Of a stretch of 43,160 nucleotides of DNA, positions 1-11,414 are shown one piece after another; position 1 is the first letter of the stretch, and every line of letters begins with the position of its first letter. The translations under genes and the position numbers were made by a program. Origin of the DNA: Catajapyx aquilonaris (Eukaryota). The notes under the pieces are model-generated. The model saw nothing but the letters and a program-made list of their open reading frames with translations, ran no database searches and was not told where the DNA came from. Location: positions 1 through 43,160 of the forward strand of contig JYFJ02003420.1 in NCBI GenBank assembly GCA_000934665.2. Direction: 5' to 3'.

Positions 1-201
1 TAATAAATTTTTCAGGAGAGCGAATTGAAATTTGATTTTCTTAACAAATCATAGGGAATGCTGGTTGTGATCTAGTCCGTGTGGCCGCCTCATGCATAAT
101 ACATGAACTTGGAGTATACCAAACTGTTTGTCACGTCTTATACATAGCTAGGTGTTTAGGTGAAAAATGACAGTTATCATGTTTTTCCCCCACACCCCTC
201 A
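1..201. mobile_element. MITE, partial copy cut by the window start; same family as 33807-34065
   Basis: About 11-201 aligns by eye with about 33852-34065 (ttcaggagagcgaattgaa...gatctagtccgtgt...gagtataccaaact...cacacccctca) and ends in the same right TIR. Confidence 0.8.
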
Positions 202-390
202 ATAATTGGGTCAGAAATTGCTAAGAGCTTCTCATTGAAGTAATTTAACAATTTTCTAGTATCAAAGCCAGATATTGCATTAGATGATTTTTGGAGAATC
301 ACCCATGAATGTCCTGGAAGATTAACCCCAGAGACGGCCTTAGGGCTGTGCATCGGTGCGACTGCACGCAATGAACAGTTGTAGGCTATA

Positions 391-817
391 CAGGGTGGTC
401 CAATTTTTTTGTCCGAACAGCTATTGACAAATTCGGCCTAAGCTGCTTATGTTGTAGTGCGTTACCTGGCAACCCCGGCCGGCGGGCCAATTCAAACATC
501 ATCATATGGAGAGCGCTTCCATTGTTGCAAATCGAGTGAGTGATGGGGACGACCCAGCGACGGGTCTCTTCTGCCTGCTTACACAGTATTTGCAGGGATA
601 CGCAGGAGAAAACAGGGAAAATAATGATGTTAGAAGCAATAAGTCATTTTGGGGTCACTCACTCGATTTGTAAACAGTGGCAACAATGGAAGCGCTCTCC
701 ATGGGCTGATGTTTGAATTGGCCCGCCGGCCGGGGTTGCCAGGTAACGCACTACAACATAAGCAGCTTAGGCCGAATTTGTCAATAGCTGTTCGGACAAA
801 AAAGTTGGACCACCCTG
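391..817. mobile_element. Tc1/mariner-type MITE with long (~150 bp) TIRs
   Basis: TA|CAGGGTGGTCCAA...TTGGACCACCCTG|TA. Arms about 391-543 and 655-817 are near-perfect reverse complements. TA TSD at 389-390 and 818-819. Confidence 0.92.
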
Positions 818-1656
818 TATGTTAGTATGTATCATACCATGACACTGATAGTAGAGTGAAATAAAATCATGCTATTTAGTATTTACCTTCTTAAAAAGCC
901 ACTGAACTGTTNGGGGGCGAAATTTTCCCTGGGGCGAAATTTGTTGACTTCTCCTCCCACGATTTTCTATCTAGACACGGCACTGCTAATATGTTCAAGA
1001 ATGGTTCATAATAACAATATTTAAAAGTTCGAAACTGCAATAGTAAGGGAGATATTAACCAATATAACCAAAAATTGGTACAAAGTAGCCCCATTTGACG
1101 GTAACTGTTATAATATGTCCAGTTTGGGTGAAATCTTCTGCAAACGTAACTAAGAAAGGCACTGATACCGTCGCGTTTCGCACGTCGTTTATTCTACCCT
1201 GAGGGGCGGAAAAATGTCAGGTGTAGGTCAAATTCAAGTGGGCTGATCTTCACCTGACCTCTTTCCTTTCATCAAGACAGGAATGAACAGACTCGATGTT
1301 CGCAGTGCGATATTATCATTGACTTTATGTGGTTGGTTGATGCTTAGTAGGCAAGGCTCCTCTCCCAGAGATTTGGAGGAATGGAAAGGGGTGGAGGATG
1401 TCAACTCCAGAGGGCTGTTGCGTGAAAGTAAATCAAGAACTTTCGGGTAGTTGAAAAGGAGGAACATCTTTTTCAAGTTACTTATCTATTGTATGTACCT
1501 GAATCATTCAGTTCAGTTGAAAAGAGATGCTTGGATATTGTACAAGGTGGTTCTTACTGATAAGCCATCCGATCACCAATATACTCCTTGGCCCAAAGAT
1601 TAATGTAGGGAGTAAAATGTGAATGCACCAATCGGTAAAGATGCACACAAAGACAC

Positions 1657-1815
1657 ATGTATACCATCGAGCTCAATTTGTTTTGGCCACATTCATCCTG
1701 GTCTTGAAGCAACCCTTCGTACAGCCCCCAAGGTGAGGACCTTGGGTCTGTGCGAAGGGTTGCTTCAAGACCAGGATGAATGTGGCCGGAACAAATTGAG
1801 CCCGATGGTATACAT
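1657..1815. repeat. Palindromic hairpin element (arms ~78 bp, 4-nt loop), probably a MITE
   Basis: atgtataccatcgagctcaatttg...cccaaggt GAGG accttggg...caaattgagcccgatggtatacat, with about 6 mismatches/indels. Confidence 0.85.
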
Positions 1816-2464
1816 ATTTGGTCGCGCTGAAACCAACATCACACCTTTTTCTTAGATCGATCGGAAGGAAGATTGACGTGGGCACATACAGTGGTTGCCT
1901 AGAGGGCAGGGTGTGGACCTGACACTCGTTACTGTACAGTACACGAGGCGACCTCGCAAAATCTCACCAGTGAATCTCGCATTCTTCACTATCTTCATTA
2001 GTTCTGTCGTGTACAGTACGTCACTACCGATTGGTGCCTAATTAATTTCGGTGCCTACATTTTTCACATGTTTTTGACAAGGAGGTCGAATGACCTACTA
2101 GTAAGAAAAACCGTGTGTAATCTATGGCATAATGATAACCCGTGGGTTTTCAGGCGGTGGAGTGCACTCTTAGCGGTAAGCCACCCTTTGCTTGCATAAT
2201 CTTGTAATGTGGCCAGCGGGCAAAAGTAGATAATTACATTATATTTTCAGGGACGAAGGGGAAGTGCTCGTAATTTCGTTTTCACTAAAGCACTACTATT
2301 AACTTCCTGATTTTATCCAGGGATGTTACTCTATTTACGCACTTATGGGGAAGCCGTGTAATCACTGCCTTCCTGTGTGATTTATTAGGCTATTACTTAT
2401 ATTTGATGACACGACATAACTGTTTAGAGAGGCATATATAATAGTAAATTCCTGGCTTAGGATG

Positions 2465-2530
2465 TTCTTTTCCGTGTAAAATTAAGGTATGGAAATAATA
2501 TTCATACCTTAATTTTACACGGAAAAAGAA
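2465..2530. repeat. Short AT-rich palindrome
   Basis: ttcttttccgtgtaaaattaaggtatg / cataccttaattttacacggaaaaagaa around an ~11-nt spacer. Confidence 0.8.
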
Positions 2531-2532
2531 AC

Positions 2533-2953
2533 AAAAGTTTTTGGTTCGTAGAGTATAGCATGACCATAACAACTACCGGTATGTAGAGTTTGGTTTTATA
2601 GAGTAGAAAAAACATTTGACCACTTGTAATTTCTCATTGTTAAAATAATAATACCACTTGTAATTTCTCATTGTTAAAATAATAATACCACTTGTAATTT
2701 CTCATTGTTAAAATAATAATACCACTTGTAATTTCTCATTGTTAAAATAATAATACCACTTGTAATTTCTCATTGTTATAATAATAATACCACTTGTAAT
2801 TTCTCATTGTTATAATAATTATAACAATGAGAAATTACAAGTGGTCATTTTTTTCTTCTATTTTATAAAATGTAAAACCAAACTCAACATACCGGGTATA
2901 CCGGGTAGTTGTTATGGTCATGCTAAAAGCTACTCTATGAACCAATAACTTTT
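2533..2953. mobile_element. Foldback/MITE-like element with an internal minisatellite
   Basis: Left arm aaaagtttttggttcgtagagta..tagcatgaccataacaacta..tgaccacttgtaatttctcattgtta is mirrored at 2821-2953. Confidence 0.8.
2621..2820. repeat. 34-bp tandem repeat, ~6 copies
   Basis: Unit cacttgtaatttctcattgttaaaataataatac starts at 2621, 2655, 2689, 2723, 2757 and 2791. The last two copies carry an A>T variant. Confidence 0.95.
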
Positions 2954-3034
2954 TCCTTTCCTACTACGTCCATGCAAATGACATGGTTATTTTGTGCCAT
3001 ACAGGTTAAATGCGTAGTAAGAGGCGTGGAATGT

Positions 3035-3194
3035 TTATGTGATTAGAATCCCATGCAGGGTTAAATGGCTACAAAGTTTGCCTTTTCCAATTGACTTTTT
3101 TGGAAGGCTTAAAACTGGTTTATTGTGAGTTGGCGGAAACCGGAGGACCCTGAGAATATCCACCCGAAAACGAAGAGAGTCCACCAAACCTCTT
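3035..3194 (-). mobile_element. Headless degenerate SINE fragment related to 18437-18698
   Basis: ggaaaccggaggaccctgagaatatccacccgaaaacgaagaga..aaacctcttccacataagt matches ggaaacgggagaaccccgagaaaacctacgcgaacacggaga..aaactctatccacgtaagt. Confidence 0.7.
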
Positions 3195-4381
3195 CCACAT
3201 AAGTAAAATGTTCCTCCTGGAGAGGACTGGGTCTTCTCTGTGACGCTCTCAGGCATGGAAACGAAAAATAATACATACAGGCATACTGCAGCCAAGGAAA
3301 TAAACAAATAGTAATGAGACGTGGCTGTTGCATTGTTATAATATATCATGATCAAGTTGCCACGGACTTACTGGAAAATACACAGCTAAACACTGTATCT
3401 TAAGATTTTCCTGTCACCGACCCATGCCATGCCAACTAAATAATAAAATTAACTGCCTACTGTCGAGCGTGTGGAAATATGCAGTATGCTACGTATACAT
3501 TATCTGGATAAAAATTACGGACTCTGCTAGCTTCTTTCCCATCCTGCCAATGCCACAACATGCTGCGACCATTGCCTTAGCTGCCAAAGCTGTGACACAA
3601 CCAGGACAGAAAAGGAACATGTAACAAGTATTTTTTTTTCTCCTAATAGGAGGCATATATGGTATGTGTACAACGTTACGAGGCTGAATGGATGATCTGT
3701 ATGTACGTATGTATGATGAACTGCTAGTAGTACAATGAATGTCATATATTATTGTGGAAACTGCAAAATAAGTGTTTGAATACCATTAATTCAGGATGGC
3801 ATGTGCTTTTGCATTAAGCACATAATTTAATGGAATGATAATTAGGAATGTCAGTGTGCTGATATAGTCTACATACGATGGGCTGTGTGCTGAAATGTGC
3901 ACTTATCCTATAATAATATTAGTACGAGTAGTCTATAATTGGACATGCACACTCCAGTTCACAATATTAAGCGTGCCAGTTGCACTACAAAATAATTATA
4001 ATTTCACGATTTTAAATCAGTATCAGGGCTCGTAACTATAGCACACCAAAAAGTCCATGATTTACCGATTCTCCCCTAGAGTTAAAGGACACGGATTCGC
4101 AAATGTTTCCGAACCGGTATTGGTCTGAGTGGGTGGTGAGTGTAGGACGGCTTATAAGAGATGGAAGAGCAGGACCCCAGGGGGCCAGAATATTCATTTT
4201 GTCAATGGCTATCGATCAGCACGCCTGCTTTCCAACAACAACCAGAGCACTCCACCGTATAGCTTTGACGACGCTGATATATGCTTGTCGTCCTTCTTCG
4301 GAAGTATTATGGGAAGGAGGGAGGGATCAACCAATCTGATACTATCGACTCTCGATGTCACTAGACTCTCATGACGTGTGC

Positions 4382-4800
4382 CAGCCCCCGGACACCCCCC
4401 TATAATCAGTTCTTATCGCCTGACGGGGAGTTTTGCGGGAGGTGCTCACTTGAGAGCGCCTGTCTCTGATACAAATACATGTGGCGACCCTACCCGACCG
4501 CGCTGAACTTAGGTAGAAGAGAAGTGTCGGTCAAAATTAAGAATCCCATACGAGTATTAATACTCGTATGAGATTCTTAATTTTGACCGAATTTGACCGA
4601 AATTAAGAATCTCATACGAGTATTAAATATGAGATTCTTAATTTTGACCTACACTTCTCTTCTACCTAAGTTCAGCGCGGTCCGGTAGGGTCATCGCCGC
4701 ATGTATTTGTATTAGAGACAGGCGCTCTCAAGTAAGCACCTCCCGCAAAACGCCCCGTCAGGCGATAACAGGGACCAGACCTAAGTATTCTAAGGCCATG
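4382..4800. mobile_element. Palindromic non-autonomous DNA element with 8-bp TSD and asymmetric ends (copy 1)
   Basis: Internal inverted repeat about 4413-4768. Flanks acgtgtgc (4374-4381) and atgtgtgc (4801-4808). Starts CAGCCCCCGGACAC and ends GACCAGACCTAAG..GGCCATG. Confidence 0.85.
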
Positions 4801-5221
4801 ATGTGTGCTTATTTTTTTAAACAAACGGATTAAAGTTTTTAGAAATCATTTTTTTAAACAAACTGAAGTCGCATGAAAATGATTCATATATGAATTATGT
4901 TAGATGCTCATTTTAAGAATCATTTTTATTCATAATTTTTTAAAATAAATGACAGTTTCATAATGGATTGTCTGATGCATGTACTGTACCTTGCTGTAAT
5001 AAAGTGAGAGCAAGCATTAGAGTATAGTTCACTTGGTTCAGCTCATTCCACCTTCCTCACACGGGAAAATTACCTGCACCCTGTCTGTCATGCTGTCATG
5101 GAACCACACAATCACATCTGCATACGGTTTTTGTGCGAACAATGGAAGAGTTTTGCACAAAAGCTACCCCCCCCCCCCCACCTTTCCACCTTTTTTTTGG
5201 CAGCATTTGTTTTGTAAATCG

Positions 5222-5422
5222 GCCTGGAAAATTGATTGCAGACGTTTTGCTCGTAAACATGTTACATGATGCGCCTAACTGAGCACGGTTTTTCAGGCGA
5301 ACTGGCGCTGACATGTAAGGCTTCGGGAGTATATTTCCAACTCCCTGACACAACCAGTTTATTGTCTGCCTGTAGAATATTTTCGCTCGTAAACAAGTTA
5401 CATGCATCAAAATTTTCCAGGC
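5222..5422. mobile_element. Small degenerate MITE-like element
   Basis: Ends gcctggaaaattgattgca / tgcatcaaaattttccaggc are inverted. Internal 20-bp direct repeat gctcgtaaacaWgttacatg at 5249 and 5385. No clear TSD. Confidence 0.5.
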
Positions 5423-5452
5423 TTACACTATAGGCCTACAGTGTATTTGAAT

Positions 5453-5818
5453 CAGCCCACGGACACTTATACTACGTTCTGGCGTTATCACCTGCCGAGG
5501 CATTTTGCAGCGGCTGCTCACCTGAGACCGCCAGAAGACATTTAGGAGGACACGATAAGTAGCGACCCTACCGGATTAGGCTGAACTTTATAGGTACGAA
5601 AGGGGAGGGCTACATGCTGGCCCAACATGGCCGCCAGCGGCCATGTTGGGCCCCCCAATGTAGCCCTCCCTTTCGTACCTATAAAGTTCAGCCTCCGGTA
5701 GGGGCGCCACTTATCGTGTCCTCCTAAATGTCTCCTGGCGGTCTCAGGTGAGCAGCCGCTGCAAAATGCCTCGGCAGGGGGTGGGTGGGAGTGACCAGAC
5801 CTTACTTATATGACCGTG
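5453..5818. mobile_element. Palindromic non-autonomous DNA element with 8-bp TSD and asymmetric ends (copy 2, diverged relative)
   Basis: Internal inverted repeat 5491-5778 centred on cccaacatggccgc-ca-gcggccatgttggg. Perfect TSD atttgaat at 5445-5452 and 5819-5826. Starts CAGCCCACGGACAC and ends GACCAGACCTTAC..GACCGTG. Confidence 0.88.
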
Positions 5819-5903
5819 ATTTGAATTCTGCTGACTCGCTGGTGGCAACAGGTGAGCATATTATTTGATATCAGAAGAGGAGTGTTTAAATAGTGTTTTT
5901 ACA

Positions 5904-6177
5904 GGGCGGCATGGTGGTCTAGTGGTTACGCCGCTGGCCATCCAAGCGGGAGGCCGGGGTTCAAATCCCGTCCCCGTCACCTCTGCTTGGCCGGGTCTTT
6001 TTCCGCTTTTCACCCGACATGCTGGAGCAGAATTGCACTCTCTTCTCTGCTCGGGGCCAGGAGAAAAGGCCTGGTGTTAAAGAATGTCAGAAATGGCTAT
6101 CGCACGGCGCCCTCCCTTGGGAACTTCCCCTTCCCCCCTAAGAGGGCAACGAGCTCTATCACGGGGTAACAAAAAAA
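5904..6177 (+). mobile_element. tRNA-derived SINE (family A), full length
   Basis: A box TGGTCTAGTGG, B box GGTTCAAATCC, 3' stem-loop and A8 tail. TSD agtgtttttac at 5892-5902 and 6178-6188. Confidence 0.9.
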
Positions 6178-8687
6178 AGTGTTTTTACTCACATACACTG
6201 TGGCTATGCTTTTGAAGTGATATGTAGAACAATATATTTGTGTAGTGTCCTACCTCACAGTAAAGTAGCCTACAGAAAAATTAAGCTTACTTCGCTTCTT
6301 ATTGAGTTACCATGCATGTAACACGTATGAAAAATATTGTGATATTATGGCTATTTACTACCTACTGTACACGGCAGATTTAATTGTTCAGTTGCCTTTG
6401 ATCAATAAATTAAAGCCCTCTTCCGTCAGTTCCAAAACGCATTAGGCAAGTGTGCTTAGCCAGGGATTCTAGTAACGTCCTACAATTATTCATCTGTGGT
6501 TTACACTTCTGCTCGGATCCGTTGGAGCACATTTTGTAGCGCCGGCAAGTGCCTTTCATCCTGGAAAGTAATAATGGTCCTTAGTAAGTTTCCGGGAGGC
6601 ACTTGGAAAAGGTAGGGATTAACTCGGCAGGTAGAAAGCGCGCCCGTTGGTAATATCAACACTCACGTAGATTAGAACACATCAAGAGCTGCAAAAGGCT
6701 GGTGCGTAACGAGATGGGACGTACCACCTGGCTTCAGCAGGTAGAGCCCCGATCAAATATAAGCCTCCAGAAAATGTGCAATAGACGTACGACAACAGAT
6801 GGTTATAACTGGCGAATCCCATCATGCTTGGGCAATGAGCACGTTACAGTAGTTGCGTCACTCCTGTCATCTATTGTTTAAGACTTTTCTTCCATGGTCA
6901 TGTGAACTTGTCAGGTCATATAAACATGGGCTGGAGACACTTTTACTGAGTTAGCAAATTTTTGAAAGGCTACTACAACCTAGCCTGGAAGGCTCCCAGG
7001 ATGAAGCAGCTGAGGCCAAACCGCCTCTTGGCTGCTGTCAGCAATTATTTTGAGAATGTTTCATAGACTTAAATATATAATTTTACGTATGTAAATGAAC
7101 TGATGTATGAATCCATGCCTTAAAAATAATTTGACTCAACTGGAGCTGTAAACCCTACAAGGCCTATATAGAGTGAGTCTGTTTATGTTGTAACGCACAT
7201 CAGTTCCATCTGCCATCAAGCGAGAGAACTTGACCGATTCAGCGAGTCAACATTTGAGATTTGACCACAAGTTTTCTCTTGGCCATGTCACACGACACGA
7301 CGCCTTCGTTAGAGAATCAGCCCGATTGAAAGGAGTGAAAACATTTGCAGGTTGGGCAAAAACTGAGGCATCCCAAACGCATGGCGTAATGACTTTGGGT
7401 CTTGATGCAACCGCAACCGGCCTTTGACCTCATCAATTTTCCGGGGAAAAGGAGACCTAATTGAGCAAGCTGACCCGCTCCTTTTTGCCACCGGAGCCTT
7501 CCCCCTGCGACATTGACATATTGCTTTCCGGATTAAAGTCCAAGTTTGTGGTGAGCACGAGAGGGCTCCCAACACCATGTACCATATTCGGCTCCGGACT
7601 TTTCCGGGGATCGATACGGGACACAGGAAGGAAGGATGCAGCGTAGAAGGTGCCGAGGGGGGCTGACCGGAATTCGAAGGAGCCAGGGGCACAATTAACT
7701 TTCCGGGCTCAGACCTCCCCATGGAAAGCTAATGCTATTGTAAATGTACGCAGTGGGCTACGTCAACATTGCTATGCTATTTTTGTAATATTCTTCATTA
7801 GATGATGAAAAATTATCTCCTTGGGACTACTACTTACTGTTCTAAACATTAATTTATTATTTTCTAGGTGTAGTATTTGTAGCTCACTCTAGAGGCCATG
7901 TGAAGAACTGAAATTCTGAAAGATCACAAATACATTTTGGTCGGAATTGAGCACTGTTTAATATAAAACTCCTGTGATTATTGTACATACTGATGGCTGT
8001 TATACACAGAAATTATAGCCCCTTGGAGAAATTGTTGAAAGTAATTTATTACATAAGGGGCAATATACCGTAAGTTAATTCATTTTTAAACTTCAAACTG
8101 TCCCAGCTCGAAATTAGTCAAATGTGCCTCTGGTTTTGCATTTTGTGTTCAGTTAGTACATTTTATAAAGAGAATTTTTGTTCAGATAATCCTATAAACA
8201 TTTCACTTGGATAATAAATTATTATGTCGTCATATACAGTATGTTAATACTAGGATATTGGGTGAGCCCCTCAGTAACATACTTCTGAACTGGTACAGAA
8301 AGGATGGGAAATATTTATTAAGTTCCGCTTTTCCCAGGCACTTGAGGATTATGTATATTACGATGTATATTATGTAGGCTACTATCAGTAATGTCCGTTT
8401 GCCTTGGCACAGGTGATTTAAGTACATTGTGCTATATATCCGTTTGGCACTTGACAGGCGGCCAGGTTTAAAAATCAATAGAAAATGTATCTCGTATGTG
8501 CTTTTCATAACATGCGTTAACTGGGTTTTGACCTCATTAACAAAATGAGGGTTCGGAAGGGACAAAAACAAAGCATTCTTCTCTCTGGAACACTGATGCT
8601 CTCTGCTGAAGGCCGACAATGTGTCCGCCTCACAGAGCTGGGGTACCAGTGATGCCAGTCACTGAATGTTATTGGGCTTAACACTGG

Positions 8688-9012
8688 TTGTGCATCAAGT
8701 GTCGGAAAAGAATATTCTTCTGCAGATACCCGTGGGGGGGTTTAGGCATTCGGAAACTTCTCATTGAAGACTTCGTACACTGGGGGGCTGACCAAATAAT
8801 GAAACTTTCCTTTGCCAGGTTTGTTTCATGGATGAGACGACTTTTTATGTGCATCATCAAGAACAATGTGTATGGTATAAAGACCCAGAACCTCCAGCAC
8901 CTACGGGATAGGATCGCAACTGTATCTCCAGATATGATTGAGCGGGTTTGTCATGAGACCAAATAGCGTTTTTTAAATCTGCCGAGAGACAAATGAAGCT
9001 CATATCGAAACA
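8688..9012 (+). pseudogene. Internally deleted Tc1/mariner-superfamily transposase relic (rosa/maT-like)
   Basis: Manual translation gives an HTH-like piece (RKRIFFCRYP..IRKLLIEDF), the first catalytic Asp motif in another frame (NETFLCQVCFMDETTFYV, compare FSDEATFHV), then a C-terminus (IKNNVYGIKTQNLQHLRDRIATVSPDMIERVCHETK*..ICRETNEAHIE), with a stop and frameshifts. Confidence 0.8.
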
Positions 9013-9480
9013 AACGAAGATGAGACCAAAACTTTAGACCTGTCTTAGGATTTAAAAACTGAAATCATTAATATACGGTATGTCTGCAATTATTTTCCTA
9101 GGATTCGAGATTTCAAAATTCGCGCATTCTTTTTTGATCACCCGTACACAAACTGCATAAATAAATTGCTTACTAAATAGCCCTAAGTCATGTGAAGAGG
9201 ATAGATTTATAAAACTAATGGAATATTTCAGACATGAGTAGGTTGGCAAATTCAGGCATAAATTTATTTGTATGTGACGTTACTACTATTCTCTCCTTGA
9301 CAAGACAGTAAGAAAGTCTGAAAGAACACTGCCTACAACAATTCTGCTTATTGAGCTTACTTCAATTAACAATGAAAATTGTATTGAATTCCTTGCAGCA
9401 TTTCAAAATACCTTACACTTCATCTTGTGGGCAGAATATAGCAATGGCCGACCTATATTTCTTTCGAGCTTGTGTATCGG

Positions 9481-9872
9481 CCATATCAAAATCACGTCAA
9501 TACCGGCATGGGGGATACATTTACGAATAAATGGATGTTTGGCCATCTAGTGGGGTCATTACTGAGTTCCAAAGAAGTTTTCAGGAGCCTAAATTATTTT
9601 AGGTCGGAAAATCCAGGCCTACAGGCCTTAAAATAGGGCGTTGGGAAATGGTTATTGACACGATAAAACATGGTGTCCGCAAATTCTATACCTGTCCCAC
9701 TTTCCTATAACTTACTATAGAAAGGGCCTCTATGACTGGATTTTTCGACCTGAAATTTCGGCTCCTAAAAACTTCCTCAGTGTCTCAGTAATGACTCCAT
9801 TAGGTGGGCAAACATTAATTTACTTCGAAAATGTGTCCTCCTCGCGGGTATCTTGGTGTAATTTTGGCACGG
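9481..9872. mobile_element. Old degenerate foldback MITE
   Basis: Arms about 9481-9616 and 9736-9872 are diverged reverse complements (e.g. gtcattactgag/ctcagtaatgac, aggtcggaaaatccag/ctggatttttcgacct). Confidence 0.75.
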
Positions 9873-10042
9873 TATGGGATCGCAAGAAGGAGCTGCCTGG
9901 TTTATTTTGTCGCTTGGTGTAGTTATTCTGAACTGCTACAATTAACCTAATGCTGCATCATTAATGAAGCTAAATAAGCTAAATAAGCATAACTATAGTC
10001 ACCAACTTGCCAAAATTTGGAAAAGAAATTAGGCAATATTGC

Positions 10043-10049
<7 letters not shown>

Positions 10050-10103
<54 letters not shown>
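10050..10103. repeat. (GA)n microsatellite, ~27 units
   Basis: Read directly from the sequence. Confidence 0.97.
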
Positions 10104-10104
<1 letters not shown>

Positions 10105-10410
10105 GCGGACCAGGCAGCGACATCCGACGGCGAGTACCGAAGTAAGACGGTGCGGAGGTAGCGCCTGCGGCCGGAACGGCGTTTATGGGAACTCCGTGGT
10201 GGCTGGCTTTTTTAGTCGGTCGGCGTTTTTTTTGCGTTTTATAAATTCCCTGGACACTATTTCCAACAAAAAAACTTTATTGCAAATATAGGACACACGG
10301 GCTAAATTTTGATATCACATCCAATGCTGTAGGCCGCACACAGCGGGAGGAATCGCCATCACAGTAGGGTATTAATAATATAGATGTTTGTAAGTAGTTG
10401 TCGTTCCTAC

Positions 10411-10425
10411 AGTTGGACCACCCTG
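10411..10425. mobile_element. Solo right-TIR remnant of the 391-817 family
   Basis: agttggaccaccctg is identical to 803-817. Confidence 0.5.
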
Positions 10426-11156
10426 CATGGAAGTCATGTTGAAGTCTTTGGCGTGGATTATGTTAATTCGAGGTCACACCGCTCATGTAGCTTATTACAG
10501 AAACCTTCAGTAGATGAAATTAGAGGAAGACTTGAATTTTAGTATATGCATTTTGACGTCAGCACTTCATTTAAGTTTTTACTCCTGATGGAGCAAACAT
10601 GGACGTCTTCTGAAGGATCCTGGGAGATGGATGATCTGCACCTATAGGCTATCCATATAGATCTCTGAGGTTGTTGCTCCGGAGATGTGTTGACGGACGG
10701 AAGTCTTCTTTTTCAGACCCAAAAGATGGATGGATGGGAAAGACATTTCGTCGCATTAGGGAAATTAGATCTCTTCTTCACGACCACAAGTCCATTGCTC
10801 CTTCTTGGAACCGCTACCCGACACTCCATCATCCTAATTGAAGATAGTTCCTAGAATTCAGACAATACATTGACCTGCTATGGATTTCATTACTAAGTGC
10901 TGTGTGGACTGATGGGCAATGCATTATCTGTTAGGTACCCGGGCAGGTTGCGGGGATAGTTGAGAGGTGGAAAGAGGATAACATTCATTCTTTGTTTTTA
11001 AGGCGTAGAATACAATAAAGCTTTTATTCCAGGAGCTGCGCTAGGAAGTTGCAGGTTCAAGTTTCTTTTCATAAGGCCTCTTTCGAAATGTTATTCACCT
11101 CATATTCCAAAGGTGATGATGATGATGATGATGTCGATGGATAACAATAATATATA

Positions 11157-11414
11157 CAAGGTGTTCCAAGTATTTGGGTCACTTCTTGATAATTGATATC
11201 GCCCGATAGCAGTTATTTTTTATAGCTTGTTGTGCCCCTAACCATGTGCTCCATTCTACTGTATAGCACCTGTTATATTTTACCCCCAGCGGTTCGAATA
11301 TAGCAGTAGTTATAGAATGGGGCACATGGATAGGGGCACAACAAGGTACAAAAAATAACTGCTCTCGGGCGATATCAGTTATCAAAAAGTGACCCAAATA
11401 CTTGGAACACCCTG
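11157..11414. mobile_element. Tc1/mariner-type MITE with ~100-bp TIRs
   Basis: TA|CAAGGTGTTCCAAGTATTTGGGTCAC...GTGACCCAAATACTTGGAACACCCTG|TA. Confidence 0.92.

Noticed and set aside
913..945. GGGGCGAAATTT direct repeat, possibly the subterminal repeat of a DNA transposon
   Set aside because: Cut by the N at 912 and too short to classify.
2621..2820. CRISPR-like array (34-bp repeats)
   Set aside because: The units are head-to-tail with no unique spacers, the context is eukaryotic, and there are no cas genes.
5904..5980. tRNA gene
   Set aside because: It has A/B boxes and a T-arm, but the anticodon arm is irregular and it continues into a 200-bp body with an A-tail and TSD. It is a SINE head. 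The same applies near 18620-18698 and 39925-40003.
7230..7722. 137-aa ORF in a GC-rich segment
   Set aside because: No domain similarity or exon boundaries recognised. More likely non-coding.
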